Under the pieces are notes generated by a model. It was not told the origin of the DNA. It made no database searches and worked only from the letters and a program-made list of their open reading frames with translations. Source: the human T2T-CHM13v2.0 reference genome, Homo sapiens. From it: a stretch of 64,000 nt of DNA. Position 1 is the stretch's first letter. Every line of letters begins with the position of its first letter. The position numbers and the translations under genes are program-made. The stretch is taken from NCBI RefSeq assembly GCF_009914755.1, contig NC_060936.1; one strand, written 5' to 3'. This document shows positions 43,314 through 55,590 of this stretch, one piece after another.

Positions 43314-43462
43314 CAGTCTCCATAAAGACTGTCAATAATTACCAATACTTGAAATATATGACTATATTTCAAGTCATCATGGCAGGATATTGTGAAAAGA
43401 CTTCAATTAGCAATAATTGTGCCTCGGATAAACCTCATTGACTATGATACTACTACTGTGCA
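43314..43462 (-). pseudogene. U4 snRNA retropseudogene (near full length)
   Basis: Reverse complement aligns to U4 (GCAGUGGCAGUAUCGUAGCCAAUGAGGUUUAUCCGAGGCGCGAUUAUUGCUAAUUGAA...GACAGUCUCUACGGAGACUG) with CpG decay; A-rich tail at 43281-43313; TSD gtgactt at 43274-43280 and 43465-43471. RNU4-nP family; the exact number cannot be established from sequence alone. Confidence 0.92.
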
Positions 43463-43557
43463 GGGTGACTTAAGTTCAGAGGCTTGGCTTTCGTACTATA
43501 ATATCTTTTACCACAGAGACCAAGAATTCTGTATGGGGGTTGCTCCAACTTTACAGT

Positions 43558-43905
43558 TGCCAACAACCGAATGTTTGTGTCCCCTCAAAATTCACATGTT
43601 GAAACTCTAACTTATGATGTGATGGTATTTTGAGATGGGGCCTTTGGATGGTAATTAGGTTTAGATGAGGTCATGAGGGTGGAATCCTCCTGATGGAATT
43701 CCTTTTATAAAAGTAAATAAGAGAGCTAGAAAGCTATCTCCCTGACATGTGAGGACACAGCAAGATGGTCACCTGTAAACCAGGCAGAGGCTGTTGCCAA
43801 GAACCTGCTCATGCTGGCTCCTTGATCTTTGACTTCCAGTTTCCAGAACTGTGAAAAATAAATGTTGTTTAAGCCACCCAGTGTATCGTATTCTGTTATG
43901 GCAGA
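43558..43905 (+). mobile_element. MaLR LTR (MLT1A-like)
   Basis: gaatgtttgtgtcccctcaaaattcacatgttgaaa...aaataaatgttgtttaagccacccagt. Confidence 0.8.
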
Positions 43906-44600
43906 AGAAGAGATGCAGCTGAAGAAAAAGTCAGAGAAGTCTGAAATATGAGAAGATGCCAGGCTCTGTTGCTTTTTGAAGATGAAGGGGCAATGTGACA
44001 AGGAACTCCGGTGACCTTAAGGAGCTGAAAGTTTCCCAGCTGACATCTACCAAGGACATGGGGACCTCAGCCCTACAATTGCAAGGGCCTGAGTACTGCC
44101 GGCAACCTGAAAGAACTTGGAAGATTTTCCCCCAGATTGTGAGACCCAGAGCAAAGGAACCACCAAGTCATTCAGAATTTTGACTTACAAAACAGTGAAT
44201 TCATACATTTGTGTTATTTTGAGCCTCAAGTAACTTCTGAGTCTAGGTTAACTTCTACCTCATTCTTACAAGGCTGTCTTTCAGTATGCTACATTTTGGA
44301 ACACAGCCATCATGCTCTAAGAATCCCAAGCCACATAGAGAAGCCATGTTTAGGTGCCCCAATCAGGAGGCTCAAGTGAACCTGGCCTTACAGTCATTCC
44401 TGCCCAAGTATCAGACATATGATTGAAGAAGCCTCTAGGTGACATTAGAGGCTTGTGTTTTTGTGTTCCAGTCTTGCCAGCTGGGGCTTCAGACATTGTG
44501 GAGCAGAGACAAGCAACACCCGTTCAGGAAACAAAATCTATGAGCATAACATTATTGCTGATTTATACTCCTTTTTAAAACAAACAAATAGTAAGCAGAG
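43906..44600 (+). mobile_element. Further MLT1 LTR fragments
   Basis: caaggacatggggacctcagccctacaa and cagacattgtggagcagagacaagc motifs. Confidence 0.55.
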
Positions 44601-44653
44601 CAGAAAGGAAGGAAAAAAAATCTCTTTCAAATAAAAATAGGGATAATCTATTA

Positions 44654-44943
44654 ATTTTTTTAGAGACAGTATTTCACTCTGTCATCCATGCTGGGGTGCA
44701 GTGGCATAATCATAGCTCACTGCAGCTTCTAACTCCTGGGTTCCAGTGATCATCCTCCCTCAGCCTTCCAAGTAGCTGGGACTACAGGTGCACACCACCA
44801 CATGAAACTAATGTTTTTTATTTTTGTAGAGATGGGGTCTTGCTAGGTTGCCCAGGCTGATTCCAAACTGCTGGGTGCAAGGGATCCACCTGCTTTAGCC
44901 TCCCAAAATATGGGATTATAGGTGTGAGCCACCACACTCAGCC
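44654..44943 (-). mobile_element. AluJ
   Basis: catagctcactgcagc...; ggataat flanks. Confidence 0.88.
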
Positions 44944-45419
44944 AAAAGAGGATAATTTTCAAAGATCCCATATCTAGATTGGAAATAAAGATGAAATTCT
45001 CTCTAGAATAGTTATGGGGAGGAATTTCAGTCTCAGAGTATAATTGGATTGAATTGCAGAGGAAAATAAATCTTTTTTTAGTGCACTATTTTATAACTGG
45101 GTCTGTAGCTGCTATGTGATAAATGCTGCTTCATATAGTTAACCAAAGATAAACATCTAATATTAACGGAATAAGGAATTTATTTAGAGTAATACACCAG
45201 TGAAGTGATTAATTTTTCTATAGAAAACTATTTCTGGATTTTGCAATTGTCCAATTTTTCTTTTAAAAAACTATTGAGATGAACTTTTACTATCTTATTT
45301 CTGAAGGACTATTTATTTTAGAAATATGTGTATATGTTATATATAATAATATCATCTTTATTTCCTATTAAGCTTTACAATTTACAACTCCATTTACATG
45401 GAAAATTTAAATGGAAATG

Positions 45420-47219
45420 TGCCCACTGTTGGGACCTACTTCTCAGAAAAAAAAGATGCCTTTCAAAATATTACTGCTTATTTACAATGCATCTGGTCAC
45501 CTGAGAGCTCTGATAGAGATGTAAAGGAGATGAATGTTGTTTTCATAATTGCTAACACACTGTCCATTCTACAGACCATGGATCAAGGAGTCATTTCAAC
45601 TTTCAAGTCCTATCAATTAAGACATATATTTCATAGGGCTATAGCTGTCACAGATAGTGGCTTCTCTGATGAATATGGGCTAACTAAATTGAAAACCTGG
45701 AAAAAATTCACCATTCTAGGTGCCATTAAGAACATAAATGATTCATAGGTAGAGGTCAAAATAGCAACATTAACAGTAGTTTTGAAGAAGTTGATTCTTA
45801 CCCTCATGGATGACGTTGAGGGGTTCAAGACTTCAGTGGAGGAAGTAACTGCACATGTAGTGGAAACAGCAAGATAACTAGAATTAAAAGTGTAGACTGA
45901 AGTTGTGACTGAATTTGCTCATTTTATCATAAGAATCTCATGATAAAACTTGCCAACAGATGAAGAGTTGCTTCTTATGGATAAGTAAAGAAAGTGGTTT
46001 CTTGAAATAGAATCTACTCCTGGTGCAGATGCTGTCATCATTGGTGAAATGACAATAAAGGATTTAGAATATTACATAATCTTGGTTGACAAAGCTGCAT
46101 TAGGGTTTGAGAGGGTTGACTCCAATTTTGAAAGAAGGTCTATTGATCAAATGCCATCAAACAACATCACATGCTATAGAGAAATCTTTCTTGAAAGGAA
46201 GACTCAATCAATGCGGCAAAATTCATTTTCAGAAATTGCCACAGCCACCCGAAACTTCAGCAACCACCACCCTGATCAGTCAGCAGCTATCAACCTCAAG
46301 CAAGACCTTCCACCAGCAAAAAGATGATGACTCTCTGAAGACTTATATGATGGTTAGCATTTTTTAGAAATACGATAGTTTTTTTTTTATTATACTTTAA
46401 GTTTTAGGGTACATGTGCACATTGTGCAGGTTAGTTACATATGTATACATGTGCCATGCTGGTGCGCTGCACCCACTAACTCGTCATCTAGCATTAGGTA
46501 TATCTCCCAATGCTATCCCTCCCCCCTCCCCCCACCCCACCACAGTCCCCAGAGTGTGATATTCCCCTTCCTGCTGGAGAGGATGTGGAGAAATAGGAAC
46601 ACTTTTACACTGTTGGTGGGACTGTAAACTAGTTCAACCATTGTGGAAGTCAGTGTGGCGATTCCTCAGGGATCTAGAACTAGAAATACCATTTGACCCA
46701 GCCATCCCATTACCGGGTATATACCCAAATGACTATAAATCATGCTGCTATAAAGACACATGCACATGTATGTTTATTGCGGCATTATTCACAATAGCAA
46801 AGACTTGGAACCAACCCAAATGTCCAACAATGATAGACTGGATTAAGAAAATGTGGCACATATACACCATGGAATACTATGCAGCCATAAAAAATGATGA
46901 GTTCATGTCCTTTGTAGGGACATGGATGAAATTGGAAACCATCATTCTCAGTAAACTATTGCAAGAACAAAAAACCAAACACCGCATATTCTCACTCATA
47001 GGTGGGAATTGAACAATGAAATATGATAGTTTTAATTAAGGTACATATACTGTTTTCTCAGACATAGGCTATTCCACACTGAATAGACTATGATATAGTG
47101 TAAACATAACTATTATATACACTGGAAAACCAAACAATTCATGTGATTCACTTTATGGCTATATTTGCTTTATTCAGGTAGTTTGGAAATGAAAATGCAT
47201 TATCTCTGAGGTATGCCTG
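45420..47219 (+). mobile_element. Tigger1 (pogo/Tc1-mariner) 3' part, decayed transposase, split by L1
   Basis: ORF fragment VVFIIANTLSILQTMDQGVISTFKSY matches the pogo DDE motif QP(M/L)DQG; right TIR gaggtatgcctg followed by TA at 47220-47221. Confidence 0.9.
46383..47017 (-). mobile_element. 5'-inverted (twin-primed) L1PA2-like insertion
   Basis: 46383-46573 is the L1 3' UTR on minus (GAG at the Ta-diagnostic site); 46572-47019 is the ORF2 C-terminus on plus (WNQPKCPTMIDWIKKMWHIYTMEYY); TSD gaaata(c/t)gatagtttt at 46367-46382 and 47018-47033. Confidence 0.93.
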
Positions 47220-48620
47220 TATAGCAAAACAGCACAAAAATTCCTGCCGGATGGAAAGCAGAAGAAAAGTTCCTGAATGGAAAACAGAATGGCAACATGG
47301 CCTTAACTTTGAGCAATGAAACAAAGCAACAGCAGCTGAAAACCCAGTTTACTGAGAAACCTTCCTGCAGTTGAGAATGTTTTGTATGAAACTCTCTTGT
47401 GACCTATGAGGTATTATGTTGATGCAAACGATGACTAACCCTTCAAGGACATTCCAGGCACATGGCAAGTAATACAAATATTAAAAATTAAGCGGGTAAA
47501 TTTATGGTCACATTTTATAAAGCATCCTGATTAACACTGTTCTCCAAAATCTGAGAAGTAAACATTTATTTTTAGTTTAATAGAAAAACACTACATAAAT
47601 ATTTTCTTCATTAGTTATGATTATGCATAAATTCTGTGGATCTTTGCACCCTTGAAGTGCTCGCAAGTATCATTGAATTGTAGAAAGTGAAGCTATTAAT
47701 AATTATTAAGGTCTTAAAGTAAAAACATATGACTCAGAGAGGTTAAGGAACCCAGCAAAGATCAACTGTACAGAAAAAGGCACTAAAGCCTTAGCTTCTT
47801 GATAACACATTCAGTCATCATTGATTCATTTCATAAAATATATTAATACTCATTAGCCACCGTTTACAAGATTTCTGCCTGAAAAGTTTACAGTCTATGA
47901 TGATAACTTTTAATTTAAGTTTCTAATCTTATATGCATTCAAAATAATCAGAATATTTACGTGGTAAAGCATCTATAAAACACCCAGAATCCATTAAGTT
48001 TAGTTTACAGATAATAATTGATAAAATGTAAATTTAGAAAAATACCCCAACAAACAAGTTTTTTAATACATAATCCGTTAAGAGATTTTTGGAGCCAAAA
48101 AACCCATTTTGTTTTAAACCAAAGATTCTTGTGTGCTATTATTTAAAGGCATACCATACAGCAATGCCAATGCAATTGATTCCCCTTTTATATGCTTTGT
48201 TGAATCGGACTAGATTGTCATTCCCCAAAATCCTATGGGAGTTTTTCATAGAAGATATTTCCAAAGTAGCCTATATAGATATACGCAAGATTTAAATCTA
48301 GAAGTAGTGGAGATATATTTCTATAGTTTGTATAATCTGTGAAACCAGGTCACAGCAATCATATTCACAGCTGCTAGCCAGCTACAATCTCAACCATAGT
48401 ATGTTGCCACTTGAAGGCAGGTGTACATTTGTTTTCACCCAAGTTGAGGGGAGCATTGGGACATCTGGTCTTTTGTACTTAGCTATAACAAATCTATTGT
48501 GTGTAGTTTATAAACACACACACCCTTAATTTAATCTCACAGTCTTACTCTGAAAAGGCTATTATATGAATTTTGGGGTCATGAGACTATATTTTTAGTT
48601 TTGACTTAAGGACACATTAG

Positions 48621-48985
<365 letters not shown>

Positions 48986-49473
48986 ACTTATTGTCTTTTT
49001 CAGTAATATCTTATATTGGTCAGAATAGGCTAGGTTTTGTTCCCATGACAAATAGAGCCTGAAATTTCCAAGGCTTAAAACAATGGTCTCTTGCTCACAC
49101 AAAGTACAGTGCAATTCAAGCAGTCTTTCTTTCTTTTTCAGAGATTCCATTTTGTAGCTAGTTCATCAGAAACATGGTACTATGGCAGGGAAAGGGAGTG
49201 ATGAAGGAGGTACACTGGGTCTTAACTCCCTTTACCAGAAATTACACATGTCACTTCCATTCATACTGTTTTAGAACTACATAGTTGCATGGTCCCAATA
49301 TAACTGTAAGGAAAGCCAGGAAGTGTGGAGCCAGGCAGATCATAGATATTGTGAGCACCAATAGCTTCTACCACATATCTGTTGCCTACAGCCACACTGT
49401 CATCTCTTTTCTTCATTTGGCAAACGTTACTATTTTCTATCTGCAACGATTTGTGCTGCATGATAGATGATTC

Positions 49474-50102
49474 TGTTACCCGAAAGGGGTACTGATTCAG
49501 ACCCCAAGAGAGGGTTCTTGGATTTCATGCAAGAAATAATTTGGGATGAGTCTATAAATGAAAGCAGGAGTACTAGGAAAGTAAAGGAACAAAAAAATGG
49601 CTACACCATAGGCAGAGTAGCAGCATGGGCTGCTCCGCTGCTTATACTTATTATTACCTCTTGATTATATGTTAACAAGAGATGGATTATTCATGAGTTT
49701 TCTGGGAAAGGGGTGGGAAATTCTGGGAACTGAGGGTTTCTCCCCATTTTAGACCATATGGGGTAACTTCCTGACCTTACCATGGCATTTGTAAACTGTC
49801 ATGGCACTGGTGGGAATGTCTTTTAGCATGCTAATGCATTGTAATTAGCACATAATGAGGAGTGAGGAGGACCAGAGGTCACTTTCGTCTCCATTTTGGT
49901 TTTGGTGGGTTTTAGCTGGCTTCTTTACTGCCGCCTGTTTTATCAGCATGGTCTTTATGACCTGTATCTTGTGCCAACCTCCTATCTTATTCTGTGACTA
50001 AGAATGCCTTAATCTCCTGGGAATGCAGCCCAATAAGTCTCAGCCTCATTTTACCCAGGCCTTACTCAAGATGGAGTCACTCTGGTTCAAATGCCTGTGA
50101 CA
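49474..50102 (-). mobile_element. MER41 (MER41B-like) solo LTR with tandem GAS motifs
   Basis: Ends tgttacc... and ...caagatggagtcactctggttcaaatgcctgtgaca; near-TSD attc/atcc; TTCTGGGAA at 49700-49708 and 49721-49729. Confidence 0.88.
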
Positions 50103-52399
50103 ATCCCAGAGATGAATAAAATGTCATCTCTACTTTCAAATAGCCTAATATATTGGGGCTACAGAAACAAAAATCATATTATAATATAGTCATATGTGAA
50201 GCTGAAACAAAATGCCCCAGATAGAGGCCTAAATCATTTTCTATGGGCAGGATCACAGAGAAAGATGAACTTAACCCTTATTTGTTAACAAAGAATCCTT
50301 AAAATGCTATAGAAGTGATGATATATTTGCTGGGCATTAAAGGAGGAAAAAAGGTTTAGACAAGTTTGATATGGAAAAGAGGGCAGTGAATGATAAAAGA
50401 CAGAAAAATGTGAGAAGATTGTGTATGACTGAGGAATGAAGAAGGGAGAAAGAACCTAAACCACAAGGATGTGGGTATATAGTAAAAGACATGTGGACTT
50501 CATGAGTATATATGTGATGTACGTATTCACAGTTTGCTCATCTGTGGAATATGAGTTGCTAGAATGCTAAGTGTATTGCTATTTGTTTTTCCCACTGTTA
50601 TTTCAGCTTATGAATAGAAATCAAGGCAAACATTTTACCAGAGCATTCCAAGTTCTAATCATATGGCTTATTTTTTCCCTAAATTGTATTTTTTTCTCAA
50701 TTTCTTAACAATATTAAACTGTAAGTCATAGGATAAACTGGCTGAATTTATTCTTAGCTGATTCTCCCTCCTTTCAGATACCTTTCTAGTCCAATCAAAT
50801 TTTACATAACATACCTAGCTATCACAACAAAGCAATTTAGAAATGAGTTCCCAAATACTAACTCTGTGACAGTAGGTAAATTAGATCCAGAGTTTTAATT
50901 GTTGAAAAAACAAGACTTAAAAAGAAGGTTACGATATCATGCTATAAGTAGTGATGTTTGGCATTCAGCAATAGGTTAAACAGGTCAAGAACATGGGACT
51001 ATAAGAAAAAAACAACAAAAAAGAAAAATCAAAGAGAAGGAAAAGGGAGAATAGGATCAAAATTCAGAAAGCATATGGTCTTTCTTCTTCCTCTTCTTTG
51101 ACAGGAAATAAAAGTGATGAATGAGCAGGAAAAATATCAATAGCAAACACTCAAGACTATGACCTTGAAATGTGCCTTTATGTTGTTTCTTTTAAATGTT
51201 TAACTTTTTTTAATTAAATGAAGTGTTTATAGTCACTGCTAGACATTTCATCATTATCAAAGGCCTATTATGTCTTATACAAATGTCTATTTAAGCATTT
51301 TTAGCTTAAAAATATAAAATCCTTTCTGTAATTTTCTGCGTTTTTTTCATTTTCAAATATCATTCTTTCAATAAAATTATCTTCCAGTAATTTTGATGTT
51401 ATTAATCACGATTATTTTTTCATCTTGTATTATGCCTACCAGCCACTTCATGTATATTATTTCACTTAAATCTTATGAAATCAACACGATTGATATTACT
51501 TTTATTTCATAGCTACAGAAATTGAAATTCAAATTTCGTCCATTACAACAGACTAGCTGTGGCAAAGACAATGTGAATTTACCCAAATGACTTAACTCTT
51601 TTTATAAATTCGTAAAATGTGAAGAATCATAGAACACACCTTAAAATGATTGTGAAATCAAGGAGGAGAAAGCTAGCTAAACTGGTAGACAAACTGCAAT
51701 AGGACTTGTCAAGCCAAAACCTACAATTATTCTTTTGGATAGTTTCTTTTTCTCTAAAGTGGCAATTTAACTTAAAGATATTAAAGAAACCCAATCTATG
51801 GGGTTACTTAAATGTTCTCTTCCAGCCCTTCCTCTTTCCAGTTTTACCAAGAAGCACATTTTAGACAGGGGAAGAGACCAAACCAATGACAGCAGAATTA
51901 CCATTATCTCTAGCACTATTCGTTGTCAAATAACTAAATGCTGGTTTGAAGAACTAAGTAATTTGAGAAATTAAAAATGAAAGGAATTATAAATGATTTG
52001 AAAAAAAATCCTTCTTATTTTTAATGTTTTTTGGTGCTGTTTTCTATGTCCTTCCTCCTATGGTGTCAATTATATTTTTTTCCGTGAAGTGATTTGGTTG
52101 GTGAGTCTAATCTCCAACAGTGCCCTACCTCTTTCTCCCAAAAAGGCCTCAGTTGAAAAATGGCTCAACACTTTCCCTGCAAGCTCACAATGAGGATCTC
52201 CTATTCTCCCTGCATTCGGCCAGACTCTTCTTTTTTTGCATGCTTTCCTCTCCCATGCTTGGGTTGCACAGAGCTACCGCACATCTGTCTTCTAGGTCAG
52301 GCTACAGAGTACTTCGGATACAGCAAGTTACGACCCATCTGGAAGGACAGATCTACCTGCCTTTTGGCTTTCTTCCTTGGTCAAAACTAAAATCCGAAG

Positions 52400-53680
52400 T
52401 GGAGTGCCCCGAGCGATAGAGAAAGTGCCTATAGCTTTGACAGCCGCTTGGAGCATGCTCAGTCGGTCTCCAGGCACCGGGAGGCGGCTCCCCCCCCACC
52501 ACCCCCCGGGCCGGCCTCCACCGCAGCCTGTCCGGCCCCCACCCCTGGCGCGCGCTCCTCCGCACCCACAAGGGCGTTCAGCAGCCGCGCCTCCCCTTCC
52601 CGCCACCGCCTCCTTCTCCGCTGGCTGTGGCGGGCGAGGACACGTCAGGGGCCATAAATAAATAAATAATTCCATTCACCCGTTGACAGCGAGGCGAATC
52701 GGCTGCGGTTTGCTGGGAACGGAGGGCTGCAGCGCCCACCCTGCGCCAGAGACCAGATAAAGTAAGTACAGCTGGGGAGGGAGGGGAGAGGAGGAGGAGG
52801 AGGAGGAGGTGCCGGCTAAGAGGAGGGCGAGCCTGCGTCTGCGACCCGAGCTGCCCGCGGAGCCGCACGCGTGTGTGCAAATAATGGCCAGCCTGTGACA
52901 AACGTGCCAACGCAGAGTTGGCCAGCGAGCCCTTATATAGACAAAAAAATCCCGAAGCGGCCGCGGGAGCAGAGCTCGCGTCAGCCAGTGCGCGCCGACA
53001 GCTGCCCGGGAACTGAGGGGGCGCGCGGGGTCCTGGGCAAGGAGCGCCTCGCGTGCTTTCGGCCAGGAGGTGCTCACGCTCTCGGCTTTTACAACGAGAC
53101 TCAGCGTGGCGCGGTGCACCCCAGTCTCCCTGGCTCACGGGACTCCGAGGGCTGCTTCCAGTGCGGCGTGTCTCTAGTGCGCGCCCCGCCAGCATCCGGC
53201 CCCCGAGCCCCCTAGGGTGGCGTGGCTTCATTGCCGCAGAAGGTGGAGGCGGGGGTGGAGTGTGTGGAGAGAACGTCTTCTCTTTGAGCAGATGATCAGG
53301 ACAGGAAGAGGCTGTGAGGGGAAGACGAAATACCGGGGGATGGGGGGGTTGTCTTTCTTCATTTTTGGTCCCCAGGAAGGATGGCAGGGGTGGAAGCAGA
53401 TGGAAAACTATATGCGGGCGAGGCCTGAGCCCAGGCAGAAAGGGACCTCTGACTTGGCAAGGGTTCAGGAGGGCCTGAGCCTTCTGGTCTTCCTGGGCCA
53501 CTGCACCACATTGGGGGCGCCAGGCCCGGTCAGGTGGCGCCACAGGCTGCGAGCCCGCTCACGTGCGAACTGCCTGTTTTCTCAGCGGATGCTGCATCGC
53601 GGCGCCCTTCTCCACCCCCTTTTCTCCTCTACTTCCGCGAAAAGGATTGCAGACTGCCTTGGAAAGGGCGGTCGTGCCCA
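52400..53680. promoter_or_regulatory. CpG island / promoter-like region
   Basis: Abrupt rise in GC and CpG within AT-rich DNA; GC boxes; CRE-like ACACGTCA 52640-52647; TATA-like cataaata 52653; minus-strand TATATAA 52933-52939; half-CRE 52979-52983; E-box CACGTG ~53560. Confidence 0.9.
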
Positions 53681-53742
53681 GTGCCACTTTCCCGGTAGGG
53701 CTGAGGAGGGACTTCTGTAGTTCCAATTCCAGGGAAATTAAA

Positions 53743-53760
<18 letters not shown>
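52680..53760 (+). ncRNA. Putative short spliced lncRNA from the CpG island
   Basis: Predicted TSS ~28 bp after the TATA-like element; donor AAA|GTAAGT at 52762; acceptor candidates at 53375 and 53585 (branch ctcac, tgtttttctcAG); ATTAAA 53737-53742 and AATAAA 53901-53906. Motif-based inference only. Confidence 0.45.

Positions 53761-53785
<25 letters not shown>
53748..53785. repeat. (CA)n microsatellite
   Basis: Direct reading. Confidence 0.97.
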
Positions 53786-53788
<3 letters not shown>

Positions 53789-55389
53789 ACATAGAAGAGG
53801 AAACGAGGAGTGGTTTCTCTACAATTGTTTTTTGATTTCCTTTCCTGTATTATTTCGTGTCCTCCTTCCCTCTTGGGTCCCAAAGGAGATGCGGCAGAGG
53901 AATAAAATAGCGGACAATGATGAAAGTGATGGGAAAAAGACTGGACCCAGAGGAAAGAGTGACTACTGGATGCCATTTCCTGTCACCCCATGCTTCATGG
54001 CTAACCCCAGTCTGAACTCATTGGGTTGCAAACTTTCCACAGACAGGTTAGCTTGAATGTGTTGTGTTACTGGAACCACAAGCACTAAGTATGCATTTGG
54101 TGGAGTGTGGCTGAAAAATGAGAGTTGGGTGGGGACAGCAGAGGGCAAATGAGGGTTGAGCAAAGTGACTAATATTTAGCTCTGGTGAAGCAATCCTAAC
54201 TCCAGGTTCTACTTCTGACTGAGCACATTACATTTAAAGCAATCCAAGTGAGGGACTGAATGATCTCAGTGGAAAGGAAAGATTACAACCGTAAGAAACT
54301 CAGTGTATTGTGTAACAACTTACAAACTCAGAAACTATTTTTTGCAAATACAACAACAGTTTGCAGTTACATATTACTTTTTTCCCCCCAAGGCATGTTT
54401 GAATAATAAGTGATCTGAAATTTTAACATCTGTTTCCCGATGTTCAAATTAGTGTATCCTTCTATAAATGCTCAGTTTATTTCTAGACATTCATTTGCTC
54501 TTTGATAATGTCTGGCTTATATTTTTGGCTTTGAGCTCTTTTAAAGGGAAGGAGAGCAACATTACCTAAATAAACCTCCCTTGTCTGGAGTCATATTCCT
54601 GGATCACGGATCTGAAATAAAAGGCATCTCCAGAATTTGCTTTTAATTCTGTATTCATCCACCAAACATTTTTGAGACATTCACATGGAAAAAGGGAATT
54701 AACTTTAGAACAGATTGGTTCTGCACTTTTGTAAGGTTGAGTAATTGTTTAACAATCTGGGCTTTACCTTTTTCTTGTCTATAAAATGAGATTGGTGGTA
54801 CCCACTCTGAAGTGATATTGGGAAGAATGAAGTGTGTGGTAAGTACCTAGAATACAGACGGGCTATATTTGAGCCCCTATAATCAGTCTAGACACCCTAC
54901 CAGGGTTGCCAAGATGAATGAGGCTGTAATTCTGTTTTCAAGAAGTTCTCATATAGTCAGTCATTCAGGTTAATCTTTCTTGTATCCCATTTGCCTTTTA
55001 GACCATTTTTTTTTCTCCTCTTGGTGGAAGAAACATATATCCAAGTAACTTGAAAGGAACTCCACAGTTGTAAGAAATGTTGGTAAGATCTGCTAAAAGG
55101 CAAATTTGAGAAGAATGTCTTTTCTCAGGAACCTGTATTCAGCCCATTTTTTGTCCATTAATAGTGATCCTTAATGAATAAAAACAGGTAATGAAGGATT
55201 TTTCTTCATGTTATGAGGGCAGGATGATCCTTCTCTGAAGATTATCTTTGTCAATGAATTGATTTCCATTATTTGAGAGAAGAGTTTGAGTTGCAGTTTC
55301 TACTACACCTTGGGCAAACCAATCCACTCACTCCTAAGAGTATAAAGTAACTGTAGTATATAATAACTATAATGACAACTCTGTAATGC

Positions 55390-55590
55390 TCACCATATTC
55401 CAGGCACTGTGCTACTACTGTCTGATAGCATGTAGCAACCATTTGAGGTGGATCTGTCCATATCCATATTTACAGAAAAAAGAATTTATGCCCAGAAAGT
55501 TTCATAGCTTATTCAGCTGGTACAGTTAGTAAGTGGTTGAGCTGGGGCAAGCACCGATGCGATCTGTTTGGCTTTAACCACTGTGTCATA
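55390..55590. mobile_element. MIR
   Basis: ccaggcactgtgcta...catatttacag...gtacagttagtaagtggttgagctgggg. Confidence 0.6.

Noticed and set aside
43314-43462. Functional U4 gene
   Set aside because: Missing the 5' bases, altered Sm site, internal insertion, A-tail and TSD all indicate a retrocopy.
45398-46367. Possible TIGD-like domesticated transposase
   Set aside because: Only the 3' part of Tigger1, with multiple frameshifts and stops.
46641-47012. 123-aa ORF
   Set aside because: C-terminus of L1 ORF2 in a truncated, inverted insertion.
52578-53543. 321-aa minus-strand ORF and overlapping ORFs in the CpG island
   Set aside because: Pro/Arg/Ala/Gly-rich, no recognisable domain, and long ORFs in several frames, as expected from stop-poor GC-rich DNA.
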